This document shows positions 27,435 through 36,213 of a DNA stretch of 64,000 bases, piece after piece. This DNA comes from an uncultured Verrucomicrobiae bacterium (GTDB lineage Bacteria > Chlamydiota > Chlamydiia > Chlamydiales > Rhabdochlamydiaceae). The first letter of the stretch is position 1, and each line of letters starts with the position of its first letter. The stretch spans positions 1,280,001 through 1,344,000 of the forward strand of contig CAWDYW010000001.1 of NCBI GenBank assembly GCA_963806855.1. Direction: 5' to 3'. Under the pieces are notes generated by a model, which did no database searches, was not told where the DNA came from, and worked only from the letters and a program-made list of their open reading frames with translations. Position numbers and translations under genes: made by a program.

Positions 27435-29224
27435 AGATGGAGAAGCGCAGAGTCATCTTGACCGGGAAGTGGTGGGAAAATGCCTCTGAACCCCTTCTTG
27501 CATTTGAAAAAGGAACGGATAAACCCGTTATGCTCATCCCTACGGTTTCCGGCAAATATCCAGGCGTTAATGCGGCAAGAGCGAAAGATTTGCACGACTA
27601 TGCTTATTGCTTTTATCCCCCGCTCCCCGACAGAGTTGGCTCAGGACTAGAGATCCTTCGTCTTGCTCTTGCCGGAAAAGAAAAAATCTTTGTCAGGATT
27701 GCACTCCTGACACTACTGACGATTCTCATTTCTCTTTTTCCGCTCTTCGCCCTCCAATGGATTTTCAATCATATTTTTGACCAAGGGGACATTAGCACCA
27801 TGTGGCAGATCTCCTGGGGTTTGTGTGTAGCAGCTTTCGGCTCTGCCTTCTTTCTCTATCTTCGCAATCGGGTTCTGCTGCGACTGGATGGTATTCTCGC
27901 AAACCGGATTCATCCAGCGCTTTGGCATCGTCTTATCCATTTTCAAATGGGTATTTTTAGAACGATTGCAAAAAGCGACCTCTTTTCTAAAATGACTAGT
28001 TTCGAAGCCATCAGGGAGCTGCTCGGGGGTTATACCGCTCAGATCCTACTCTCTGCTCTCTTTTCTTTTATCTTTCTCGGGGCGATGCTCCTATTTTCAA
28101 CCCCTTACACTCTTCTCGTACTCCCCTTCATCGCTCTCCATATTTGGGGATTTATCTATTTTATTCGGCATCACAATAAGTTGAAAAATCACATCGCAGG
28201 AGTTGTGGCGAAGAGAAAAGCGTTTTTAGGCCAGAGCCTATCTGGCATTAAAAATGTGCGTGCCGCGGGGTTGGAGAAGCATATTTTCAACCATTGGAAA
28301 AAATATATCGGTCAAGAAGTGGAAATGGAGGGGAAAATTGAACGGATAAAGACCCGGGTAGAGCTAATCAACCTCTATTTGCCTATGGCCCTCTTTGCTT
28401 TGATCTTAGGTGCGGCCATCTTGCAGTGGCACATGCCCCTTCTCGGCAATTTCTTTGCATTTTATCTTGCTCTTTTGAACTTGTGCTTTGCTATTCATGA
28501 ACTGATCCAAATCACATTTGAAATGAGCACCCTTTTGACACGACTCAAAAAAACGGAAAAGATATTGGAGGCGCCTATCGAGCGCGGCACTGCCGATCCA
28601 GGAAGGCTTCAAGGAGAAATCGTCTTCAATAATGTCGTTTTTCACCATCCTTCGAAAAATCTTAACTTCAAAATCGCTCCAGGTGAGAGGGTTGGATTCT
28701 TAACCCCATCTGGTCTTAGCGGAGCCATGATTGCGCGCCTTCTGATTGGATTTGAATTTCCACCTTCGGGAGAGATCCTCCTCGATCAAAAAAAGCTCTC
28801 TGAGCTGAATCTGCAACTCGTGCGCCGCCAAATGGGAGTGGTGTTCCGGACAGACGGTCTTTTTGCCGGTAATGTATTTGAGAATATAGACTTGGGAAGA
28901 AGATGCCCTCTCCCCGCTATCGAGAAGGCTTTAGAACTTTCAGGATTCCAGCAGGATTTGGACACCTTTCCTATGGGGCTGAATACACTTCTTCCTGCAG
29001 GCGGCGACACACTATCGGGAGGGCAGAAAGAGCGGCTGCTCCTCACGCGGGCACTGGCCTCCAACCCCTCGATCCTCATCCTCGACCATGCCATCGATTG
29101 TCTAGACCAAATCAGCCTAGATAAGATCACGGCCAACCTCAAAACACTTCCCATTACCCAAATTTACATTGGAGAGAATGGGGATCTGCTCAAAAGATAC
29201 ACCGACAAACTCATCATCCTATAA
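27431..29224 (+). CDS. NHLP-type ABC exporter, second subunit (no peptidase)
   Basis: TM domain, LSGGQ signature, degenerate Walker A (TPSGLSGAM) and Walker B (ILILDH); ATGA-coupled. Confidence 0.88.
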   Translation: MKMEKRRVILTGKWWENASEPLLAFEKGTDKPVMLIPTVSGKYPGVNAARAKDLHDYAYCFYPPLPDRVGSGLEILRLALAGKEKIFVRIALLTLLTILISLFPLFALQWIFNHIFDQGDISTMWQISWGLCVAAFGSAFFLYLRNRVLLRLDGILANRIHPALWHRLIHFQMGIFRTIAKSDLFSKMTSFEAIRELLGGYTAQILLSALFSFIFLGAMLLFSTPYTLLVLPFIALHIWGFIYFIRHHNKLKNHIAGVVAKRKAFLGQSLSGIKNVRAAGLEKHIFNHWKKYIGQEVEMEGKIERIKTRVELINLYLPMALFALILGAAILQWHMPLLGNFFAFYLALLNLCFAIHELIQITFEMSTLLTRLKKTEKILEAPIERGTADPGRLQGEIVFNNVVFHHPSKNLNFKIAPGERVGFLTPSGLSGAMIARLLIGFEFPPSGEILLDQKKLSELNLQLVRRQMGVVFRTDGLFAGNVFENIDLGRRCPLPAIEKALELSGFQQDLDTFPMGLNTLLPAGGDTLSGGQKERLLLTRALASNPSILILDHAIDCLDQISLDKITANLKTLPITQIYIGENGDLLKRYTDKLIIL

Positions 29225-29226
29225 GC

Positions 29227-29323
29227 ATTTTAAACGCAAAGACGCAGAGGCGCAAAGACGCAAAAAAAATATATTTTTTAGTTTTCTTTGCGTCTTGGCG
29301 CCTTTGCGTCTTTGCGTTGAAAT
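29227..29323. repeat. REP-like palindrome (CGCAAAGACGC family); possible bidirectional terminator
   Basis: AACGCAAAGACGCAGAGGCGCAAAGACGCAAA ... TTTGCGTCTTGGCGCCTTTGCGTCTTTGCGTT between convergent genes; related copy at 55911-55974. Confidence 0.85.
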
Positions 29324-30606
29324 AAGCTGTATTCTCGAACGATCCTAGCTTTAAGGATTTCGATGATCAGCTGCGAAGTCCCCTCAAAACCTGCATCCAA
29401 CGCCCATTGGGGATAGTGCGTGTCGGGATTCCACTCCGATGCTCGCAGATGATCTTCAATGAGCTCTTGCTCTACAAATTCTGGACAATCTTCTTCGGTG
29501 AAATGGGGTGAGGCCTCTTGGAGGAGTTGTTCTTGAGCGCGGGCTTTTTCAACCCATTCTTCATATTGGTTATTCCATTTCAACTCGTTAAGAAAATATT
29601 TTATATGCTTCCAGGGGACTAATCTGCCTCCAAATAGGGAGCGGTGCAACTTGCGGCTCTTCGCTTTTTCTGCGATGAAATTCTTAAACTCTTCAGCCGT
29701 AAAATCATTGCGTAAAATCCATTCTTTTTCATCATCGAGACGATGGCGCAGTAAAAACCGCTCTTTCTCCTCCTTTATTTCCTCTTTATCGACTTCGATT
29801 TTAAGCATCGTCGCCAGAAACTCTGCGAGCCCTTGATTCAGAGCGTGGAATTGGATATCGGAAAATTGGGGATGATGCAGAGCTGCGTGATGGGCAATTT
29901 GTCTAAGTGGTTTTCTATCATAATTGTAGAGTGCCTCAAAATGGACCGTGGAAGTAAAAGGTTGTGGGCGTCCTTCTTCCTGCATCGATTTAACTTTTTC
30001 AAGTAAAAGCCGGGCATCGATTTTTTTCTGATCGATATAATGCTCTTGTAGAAGGGAAATAACCTCTTTTGGAAGTTCTTCGGCCAGCCTCTCAAATGAT
30101 CTCTCCGGATAGTCAATTGCGTGAATGAGATCAAGGGCCCTCTTGCAGGCGTCGGGTGTCATTTTTCCATGGACTTCAGCCCACTCCAGCGTACATCGGA
30201 GATTGACCATGGGCAAAGAAAGTGGAATATATCCCTCTTCTTTGGGCCCATGGATAAGAGCAACCTCGTCATCGTGGATGATGACCCCGCTACGGTAGAG
30301 CTCGAAGATTTTCCCAACCCCGATCATCCCATGGACGGCCGTCTCTGCAGCCCGCAGCGCTCCCATGCTGCTTGCCCCAAGAACGAGTATACCTTGGCTT
30401 AGGGCATAGAGAATTTCTTTATGCCAGACAGAAAGAGACTGTGAGAACAAACCATCAATTAGACCAATGATCTTGGGCTTATATTGGACCGCCGCACTTA
30501 AGAGATCCCCTTGCTTTGCCGGAGGAAAATAGCGGGCAGGCAAGATCTCCTCCGCCTCTTTCAAGGAAAGTGAGGGTCCCAAAAATATGATAACGTCTTC
30601 TCTCAT
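29278..30606 (-). CDS. tfuA: TfuA-like protein (YcaO partner in peptide thioamidation) with C-terminal helical extension
   Basis: IFLGPSL, PPAKQGDL, IGLIDG, VWHKEIL, GASSMGALRAAE, GMIGVG, DDEVAL. Confidence 0.95.
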   Translation of the reverse strand: MREDVIIFLGPSLSLKEAEEILPARYFPPAKQGDLLSAAVQYKPKIIGLIDGLFSQSLSVWHKEILYALSQGILVLGASSMGALRAAETAVHGMIGVGKIFELYRSGVIIHDDEVALIHGPKEEGYIPLSLPMVNLRCTLEWAEVHGKMTPDACKRALDLIHAIDYPERSFERLAEELPKEVISLLQEHYIDQKKIDARLLLEKVKSMQEEGRPQPFTSTVHFEALYNYDRKPLRQIAHHAALHHPQFSDIQFHALNQGLAEFLATMLKIEVDKEEIKEEKERFLLRHRLDDEKEWILRNDFTAEEFKNFIAEKAKSRKLHRSLFGGRLVPWKHIKYFLNELKWNNQYEEWVEKARAQEQLLQEASPHFTEEDCPEFVEQELIEDHLRASEWNPDTHYPQWALDAGFEGTSQLIIEILKARIVREYSLFQRKDAKAPRRKEN

Positions 30607-31886
30607 CCTAAGGATCCTGCAGGAAGATGAACCCCTTTTACCGGAGAGCGATCTTCTCCATTTTTGACCAGAGCTGCAAATTTTTTCGCTCGCTGCCCCG
30701 GAACATACATGTGAGAATAATACCCTTCCATTCCTGGAATGACAACGCGCACCACCGATACATCAAACTCCGGCCTACTTAAATCAAAGACAATCACCTG
30801 GGAGATCCCCACCTTTTTCAATTTGCCAAGTAAAAGGTGGATATCACCCTCTAGTGTTGGAGTCGTCACTGTTTGATAGGTCGTTGCATCTAGGATTGAA
30901 GGATCGTCTTCCAGCTCTTGTTTCGCAGTCATTGAATCCATTTTTTTAAAGTACTGAAAATCAGACTGGAACACATCATCGCGCGCTCCCGCAATCACGA
31001 CAGCCCTACCTTGGATCGCTTCTGTCAAAGCCCGGATCATGGCCACTTCAGCATCGAGGTGGGCTCCATATCCTCTTGTGATTCCTACATGTTGAAAATG
31101 CTTATCCCAAATCGTCGCCATGAAGGTAGGGACTTCAGTATCGACGGAGCAGTCGGATAAGGAGACCCCAATCCCTTTATCGGCAAGTTGCTTGAGAAGT
31201 TTTTGCACAGCGGGGAAAGCGATTGTCTCACTCCGAATGCGAGGGGAAGAAAAGGAAGAGGTTGCAGATGCAAAATGGTGGCATGAAGCGGCATCTCTTT
31301 CGATCACCTCATAAATCGCGGAAGAGATAGCCTCAAGCAAGTGATTTCCCGAGGCAAGGCCATTGGAATTGTGTTGGAACGACAGGGCGCTAGAAAGAAA
31401 ATTCAAAGAGACGCAGTGCAGCGGTGTAGCCACTTCGCGCTGCTGGAGCAAATCCCATCCCATTGACCATTTCTCGGGGAGCTCAGGATGAAAAAGAGAG
31501 CCTTTTCTGTAAGCAAGAAGGGATAGCGGAATGACATCAACTTCTTCTTTTAGTTGCTGATAGGAAAGCGTACAAAAAGGGATTTGGCATTCTTCTGCAC
31601 AGTACACTTCGAGTGCCTCCATCAGCCCTGAAACACGGGCAGAGGCCCAAGAAAGCCCTTTTCCCGATGACGTAACGAGTGTAGAAGAACCGGGCCTAAT
31701 GGCTGCCGTCACCGGAATGCCGATCCGATCGAGGCCTGCAATGTGGGCCATGCGGGTCACGCCGATCTGTGGCGCATAGCCAGCGATCTTATCCCAGGTA
31801 GCCTCTGGACTGTAGATCCGGTGGGTCCCTTCAAAGAACCCTTTCCTCGCTCGAAAGCTCTTTCCCCTAAAATTAATTGGTTCCAT
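30603..31886 (-). CDS. ycaO: YcaO-family ATP-dependent backbone-modifying enzyme (thioamide-forming type)
   Basis: GLDRIGIPV, SSGKG..A..SGLMEALE, SNGLASGN..EA...E.IERD, GYGAH..RALTEA.Q.R, VVRVVIPG; coupled to tfuA; no C-terminal PxP motif; ATG at 31886 preferred. Confidence 0.95.
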   Translation of the reverse strand: MEPINFRGKSFRARKGFFEGTHRIYSPEATWDKIAGYAPQIGVTRMAHIAGLDRIGIPVTAAIRPGSSTLVTSSGKGLSWASARVSGLMEALEVYCAEECQIPFCTLSYQQLKEEVDVIPLSLLAYRKGSLFHPELPEKWSMGWDLLQQREVATPLHCVSLNFLSSALSFQHNSNGLASGNHLLEAISSAIYEVIERDAASCHHFASATSSFSSPRIRSETIAFPAVQKLLKQLADKGIGVSLSDCSVDTEVPTFMATIWDKHFQHVGITRGYGAHLDAEVAMIRALTEAIQGRAVVIAGARDDVFQSDFQYFKKMDSMTAKQELEDDPSILDATTYQTVTTPTLEGDIHLLLGKLKKVGISQVIVFDLSRPEFDVSVVRVVIPGMEGYYSHMYVPGQRAKKFAALVKNGEDRSPVKGVHLPAGSLG

Positions 31887-31929
31887 CCTACGAGATATAT
31901 ACTTGCATCTTTTTTTTTGATAGGACAAG

Positions 31930-32181
31930 ATGGGCGTGATGAAGAAAGTTCATGTCATTTATTATGCGCTGCTTCGGCAAGAAAGAGGGATGGCCGAAGA
32001 GACTGTTGATTCGCATGCCGCGTCAGCACGAGAGCTTTTTCATGAGCTCAAAACCCTTCACGGCTTCAAGCTTTCAGAGACTCACGTAAAAGTGGCGATC
32101 AATTCCAAAATGGCAAGCTGGGACACCCCTTTTGAGTCTGGAGATACCGTGCTGTTCATCCCGCCTGTCGCAGGAGGTTAA
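31930..32181 (+). CDS. MoaD/ThiS-family ubiquitin-like sulfur carrier
   Basis: YYALLRQ, VAIN, GDTVLFIPPVAGG ending in Gly-Gly. Confidence 0.95.
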   Translation: MGVMKKVHVIYYALLRQERGMAEETVDSHAASARELFHELKTLHGFKLSETHVKVAINSKMASWDTPFESGDTVLFIPPVAGG

Positions 32182-32182
32182 C

Positions 32183-33220
32183 TTGTACTATTCTCGGCAA
32201 ATTCTTCTCCCTGAAATAGGCCCTGAAGGGCAGAAAAAACTAGAGAGCGGAAAAGCTCTCGTAGTGGGTGCCGGAGGACTCGGATCCCCTGCTCTTCTCT
32301 ACCTCGCAGGAGCCGGAGTTGGGACAGTGGGAATTTGCGACGGAGATCGACTCGAAGAGAGCAATCTCCACCGGCAGCCGATCTATTCTTCTCAAGATCT
32401 TTCCAAGCCTAAAGCGGAACTTAGCAAAAGCCGTCTTGCAGAACTCAACCCCAACATCACATTGCACACATACCCCTTTCGGCTGACTGCTGAAAACGCC
32501 GCTCATGTGATGGGTGACTATGACATCGTTTTAGATTGCACAGATAATTTTCAGACCAAATTTTTAATCAACGACGCGGCCTATTTCACACGAAAACCCA
32601 TCGTACGGGCCAGCATCTATCAGTTTGAAGGACAGATTCAAACCTATCTTCCGCAGCGAGGCGATGCCTGCTTGCGATGCCTCTGGGCTGAAACTCCCCA
32701 AGAAGGATGTGTGGGCACATGCAGCCAAGTTGGAGTGTTAGGGCCCGTGCCAGGATTTTTTGGTGTTTTGCAAGCAATCGAAGCTCTGAAGTTTTTTCTC
32801 GGCATGCCGATTCTTAAATCAGGCCAGATCCTCTTCTCTGATCTCATCAGCTATACCCAGCAAATCATTACCATTGAGCGTAATCGCCGCTGCCCGTTAT
32901 GCGGAGATATTCCAACGATCAAACACCTACACGATAAAGAGCCTTGGGAGCTTCACCCAAGTGAATTAAAAGATGGCCGCTTTCAGCTTATTGATATACG
33001 TGAGCCAGCCGAGACCGACGCTCAGCCTTATCACGGCCCATGCCTCCGTATGCCCCTTAGTACCTTCGTCTCTCATAACCTCCATCCAGAAACCCCTTAT
33101 GCCATCTTCTGTCAAAGAGGAATGAGAAGCGCGCGTCTTGTCCAAGCTTTAAGAAACAAAGGCATGACACATGTCTATTCCGTTATCGGTGGCATTGAAC
33201 AACTTGCCAATAATTCTTAA
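32183..33220 (+). CDS. MoeB/ThiF-family adenylyltransferase fused to rhodanese
   Basis: YSRQILLPEIG, VGAGGLG, SNLHRQ, DCTDNF, CLRC/CPLC, rhodanese FCQRGMRS; TTG start at 32183 after GGAGG. Confidence 0.95.
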   Translation: MYYSRQILLPEIGPEGQKKLESGKALVVGAGGLGSPALLYLAGAGVGTVGICDGDRLEESNLHRQPIYSSQDLSKPKAELSKSRLAELNPNITLHTYPFRLTAENAAHVMGDYDIVLDCTDNFQTKFLINDAAYFTRKPIVRASIYQFEGQIQTYLPQRGDACLRCLWAETPQEGCVGTCSQVGVLGPVPGFFGVLQAIEALKFFLGMPILKSGQILFSDLISYTQQIITIERNRRCPLCGDIPTIKHLHDKEPWELHPSELKDGRFQLIDIREPAETDAQPYHGPCLRMPLSTFVSHNLHPETPYAIFCQRGMRSARLVQALRNKGMTHVYSVIGGIEQLANNS

Positions 33221-33262
33221 GTTCATAAGAATGACAAAAAACCCCTAAATTAAGGAGAGGTT

Positions 33263-33553
33263 ATGTCCAAACAAAATGCATTGAAATTCCTGGATAAGAT
33301 AGAAAATGATCCAGCATTTAAGAAAAAGCTCGATGATACCAAAGATACGAAAGCAAGAAAAAAAATTCTTCATGAAGCTCATCTTGACTTCAATAAACAA
33401 GAGTGTGAGGAAGCATTTAAAGAAAAATATAAAAAACCAATGTCAGAAGAACAACTGAAAAAAATCACTGCTGCGGGTGGCAAAGGGATGCCGCGCACAT
33501 TTGAGCAGTACAGAGACTATATTAAATACATTTCCACCGCATTAGAAGAGTAA
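33263..33553 (+). CDS. Nif11-type leader RiPP precursor peptide
   Basis: MSKQNALKFLDKIENDPAFKKKL Nif11-like start; MSEEQLKKITAAGG double-glycine-type motif; core (GG)KGMPRTFEQYRDYIKYISTALEE; SD TAAGGAGAGG. Confidence 0.88.
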   Translation: MSKQNALKFLDKIENDPAFKKKLDDTKDTKARKKILHEAHLDFNKQECEEAFKEKYKKPMSEEQLKKITAAGGKGMPRTFEQYRDYIKYISTALEE

Positions 33554-33565
33554 TACTAGTGCACA

Positions 33566-33602
33566 ACCTACTTTTCGTGCCCTTGCCGGACGAAAAGTAG
33601 GT
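33566..33602. terminator. hairpin after precursor gene, possibly a bidirectional terminator
   Basis: 13-bp stem ACCTACTTTTCGT / ACGAAAAGTAGGT between convergent genes; no clear U-tract. Confidence 0.6.
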
Positions 33603-33605
33603 GGT

Positions 33606-34286
33606 CTATCGTCTAGCATCCGTTAATGCAAGTCTAACAACACCTGTAGCACCAGCCAACCCCACAAAACTACCGCACATTCCACCAAAAGATGGCCCTA
33701 AAGGTAGTAGCATTCCCAAACATGCCCCAGTTCCAAGACCACATATAGACCCCACTCCCATACCTGAAAAGAAGCCTGGAATTGCCCCCCCTCCAACCAT
33801 AAAGTTAAATAAGAGTGCAACCCCGCTACTTACACCTGCAATTCCAAATTGCCAAGAGAGAGGCACGGGGTGATCGGGTACATACCAAGAAGTGGCATTG
33901 CATATACTTAAAACTGCAAGTGAGACTCCCAAAATAGATGTGATCATCTGAAAAGTAGGTCTTATTTTGCCATTGTGAATGATTCTATAGGCAACGCTTG
34001 CGGCCGCAGCTCCAACTGCACCTCCGACAAATCCGGGAATGCTGCTTGCTAAAAATGTTTGACCAGAATCAGATGGGCCAGCTAACAAAACCGCAAGTCC
34101 CACAAATGCACCCCCTGCGCCACCCCCGATTAGAAAATCATAAAGGGTATCTTTGAGTGGTTGTGCTCCGAGGATGCCAACTGCTTTTGCATTGACCTCT
34201 CCATCTGTTGGGCTCAACAATTTAATTGCTTCTGCCGGATCACTGCCTAACCTAGATTCACCTGTTGCAATTGCTCTCATCGACAT
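33606..34286 (-). CDS. Gly-rich multi-pass membrane protein of unknown function
   Basis: multiple GxxxG hydrophobic segments; SD AAGGAGA upstream. Confidence 0.7.
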   Translation of the reverse strand: MSMRAIATGESRLGSDPAEAIKLLSPTDGEVNAKAVGILGAQPLKDTLYDFLIGGGAGGAFVGLAVLLAGPSDSGQTFLASSIPGFVGGAVGAAAASVAYRIIHNGKIRPTFQMITSILGVSLAVLSICNATSWYVPDHPVPLSWQFGIAGVSSGVALLFNFMVGGGAIPGFFSGMGVGSICGLGTGACLGMLLPLGPSFGGMCGSFVGLAGATGVVRLALTDARR

Positions 34287-34345
34287 AAACGTTTCTCCTT
34301 CGTAAAGCTGAATAGTCTAACAATCTTGGCTTAATTTGTAACGAG

Positions 34346-36205
34346 CTATGTTATGAAAACTCGGCAGGGGGACTTTTTCAAAATCCGCTCGGTGACCCCA
34401 TCCAGGCCCGCTTCGGGGCGCTCTCTGGATTTTTGCGAGCTGAGGACCAGCAGATCAAACTTTTTGATGTCGAGGTATTGCAAGATCGAAACATCATACT
34501 GACGGCAACGGAGAATCTTCGTCTCCATATCGACCCCAAATTCATTCGCAATAGCTTCGGCCCTTTGGAGGACAGACTCTGCGACGACAACCCGATAGGG
34601 AAGAGGAGCTTCAAGGGGCAGGGAATAGGGCACCCGAATCAGGTAGATCACCGTCAGCTTGGCGTGGTGCATCTTGGCAATTTCACAGGCAAATTGAACC
34701 GTTTCACCATGGTTTCCAAGTTTAGCTGGGACGAGAATCTGTTTCGGTTCGAACGGTTTATATTGAGAAATTTTGATCGTCTCGATCTGCACTTGACCTG
34801 TCGGAGCAAGTTTTTTCTTTCTTCGATAAATCAGGTACATCCCGATCCCTAGGAGCATCCAGGCAAATCCAAGATAGCGCCCCTGAGGCTTTTGCACGAC
34901 GACCAAAACCCATACCCCTAAAGTGGCCAAGGCTCCGATCACTGCAGTGAGCGGGATCGAAATATTCTTCCCGATCTTGATATTAAGCGGTGCGCGGAAG
35001 GGACGCTCAAGATCGGGCTGTTTGATTCGAAGAGCGATAAGAGAGACATGGGCTGAGAAGAATGCAAGCATGGCTCCAAAGTTGTAGAGGTCGGCGAGGA
35101 AATGGAGGTTGCCGCGGCTGGCTAGGATCACAAAAGCAGCGAAGACCGCAAAGATCGCCAGAGATAGCGCCGGAGTGCGGTACCGCTTATTCACCTGATA
35201 AAAAAAGGAGGGCAACTGGTAGAATTCCCCCATGTTGAAGGCCAGACGAGAGGCTCCGAGTAGACCTGCATTGCCGGCGACGAAAAGAAGGGCGGCAGCT
35301 AAAAGTCCGACACAGGGGCCTAAAAAGTGGCTGCCAAAGGGAAGATGGGCGACGATTCCGGCGATCGGGTTGTTCAGATATTCTTTCCCTAGTTGCTGGG
35401 GAGTCAGCAGGCCGAGTCCGACGATGGCAATCGCCATGTAGCTGAAGACGAGCACCCCCATCACAATCATGACTGCCCGCGGGAGCGTTTTGACCGGATT
35501 TTTGGCCTCATTTCCTAGAGCTGCGATAGTCTCGATCCCGGTGTAGGCGACCATCGCCATCGCCGTCCCTTTCCAGAAGTTGCTCCAATCGGGAGACCAG
35601 CTTGCCTGCACATTGATTTTCATATGGGAGAAGACTTCGGCAAAGTCGATTCCACTAAAGAGACCGATAATCAAGATGACTGCCTGCGTGAAAAGGGCAA
35701 AGCCGGTCAGGTAAATACTCACGCGAGTCGATTGATGGGTGCCAAAAAAGTTCATCACAAAAAGAAGACCGATCAGCCCAATTGAAAAACCGATCTGCAC
35801 TGCAGGCTGCCCAAGTCCAGCATAAAGAAAAGTCAAGTAGGAAGAGACAGAGAAGATCGAGATGGCAATCGTCACAATGAAGTCGAGAAGCAAGCCCCAT
35901 CCGGCGGCAAATGAGATCAAATCATTGAAGGCCACGCGGGCAAAGTTGGCCGATCCTCCCGTACCCTTTAGCGCCGCGGTCATTTCCGCATAGGTGAGGC
36001 AGGTGCAGACGAAGACAACGCCAGCTAGCAGTAAAGAGAGCGGTGCAGCTCCCAATGCGAAGAATGCGGTGATGCCGAGCGCATAGAAGATCGACGATCC
36101 TAAATCTCCATAGCTAATTGCAAAAAGGTCGGCGACTCCGAGACGTCGAATTAATGACTCTTTTTCAAAGCGGGGGATCTTTTCAGTCCGAGGGTCCATG
36201 CCCAC
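34346..36205 (-). CDS. APC-family amino acid permease with C-terminal universal-stress-protein domain
   Basis: DLGSSIFYALG, many TM helices, LERPFRAP, then ILVP...VTERILKKSPCRV Usp domain. Confidence 0.9.
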   Translation of the reverse strand: MGMDPRTEKIPRFEKESLIRRLGVADLFAISYGDLGSSIFYALGITAFFALGAAPLSLLLAGVVFVCTCLTYAEMTAALKGTGGSANFARVAFNDLISFAAGWGLLLDFIVTIAISIFSVSSYLTFLYAGLGQPAVQIGFSIGLIGLLFVMNFFGTHQSTRVSIYLTGFALFTQAVILIIGLFSGIDFAEVFSHMKINVQASWSPDWSNFWKGTAMAMVAYTGIETIAALGNEAKNPVKTLPRAVMIVMGVLVFSYMAIAIVGLGLLTPQQLGKEYLNNPIAGIVAHLPFGSHFLGPCVGLLAAALLFVAGNAGLLGASRLAFNMGEFYQLPSFFYQVNKRYRTPALSLAIFAVFAAFVILASRGNLHFLADLYNFGAMLAFFSAHVSLIALRIKQPDLERPFRAPLNIKIGKNISIPLTAVIGALATLGVWVLVVVQKPQGRYLGFAWMLLGIGMYLIYRRKKKLAPTGQVQIETIKISQYKPFEPKQILVPAKLGNHGETVQFACEIAKMHHAKLTVIYLIRVPYSLPLEAPLPYRVVVAESVLQRAEAIANEFGVDMETKILRCRQYDVSILQYLDIKKFDLLVLSSQKSRERPEAGLDGVTERILKKSPCRVFIT

Positions 36206-36213
36206 GTTGTACT

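Noticed and set aside
30603..31886. YcaO as azoline cyclodehydratase (TOMM) or RimO-associated YcaO
   Set aside because: Coupled to tfuA, no C-terminal PxP motif, no E1-like partner fused and no oxidase; precursor core has no Cys; rimO is over 20 kb away
31930..33220. Molybdopterin or thiamine biosynthesis operon
   Set aside because: No other pathway genes in the window; context favours RiPP sulfur supply, though the rest of the genome cannot be seen
33601..33873. Pro-rich 90-aa plus-strand ORF as second precursor
   Set aside because: Antisense shadow of the Gly-rich minus-strand gene; no leader motif
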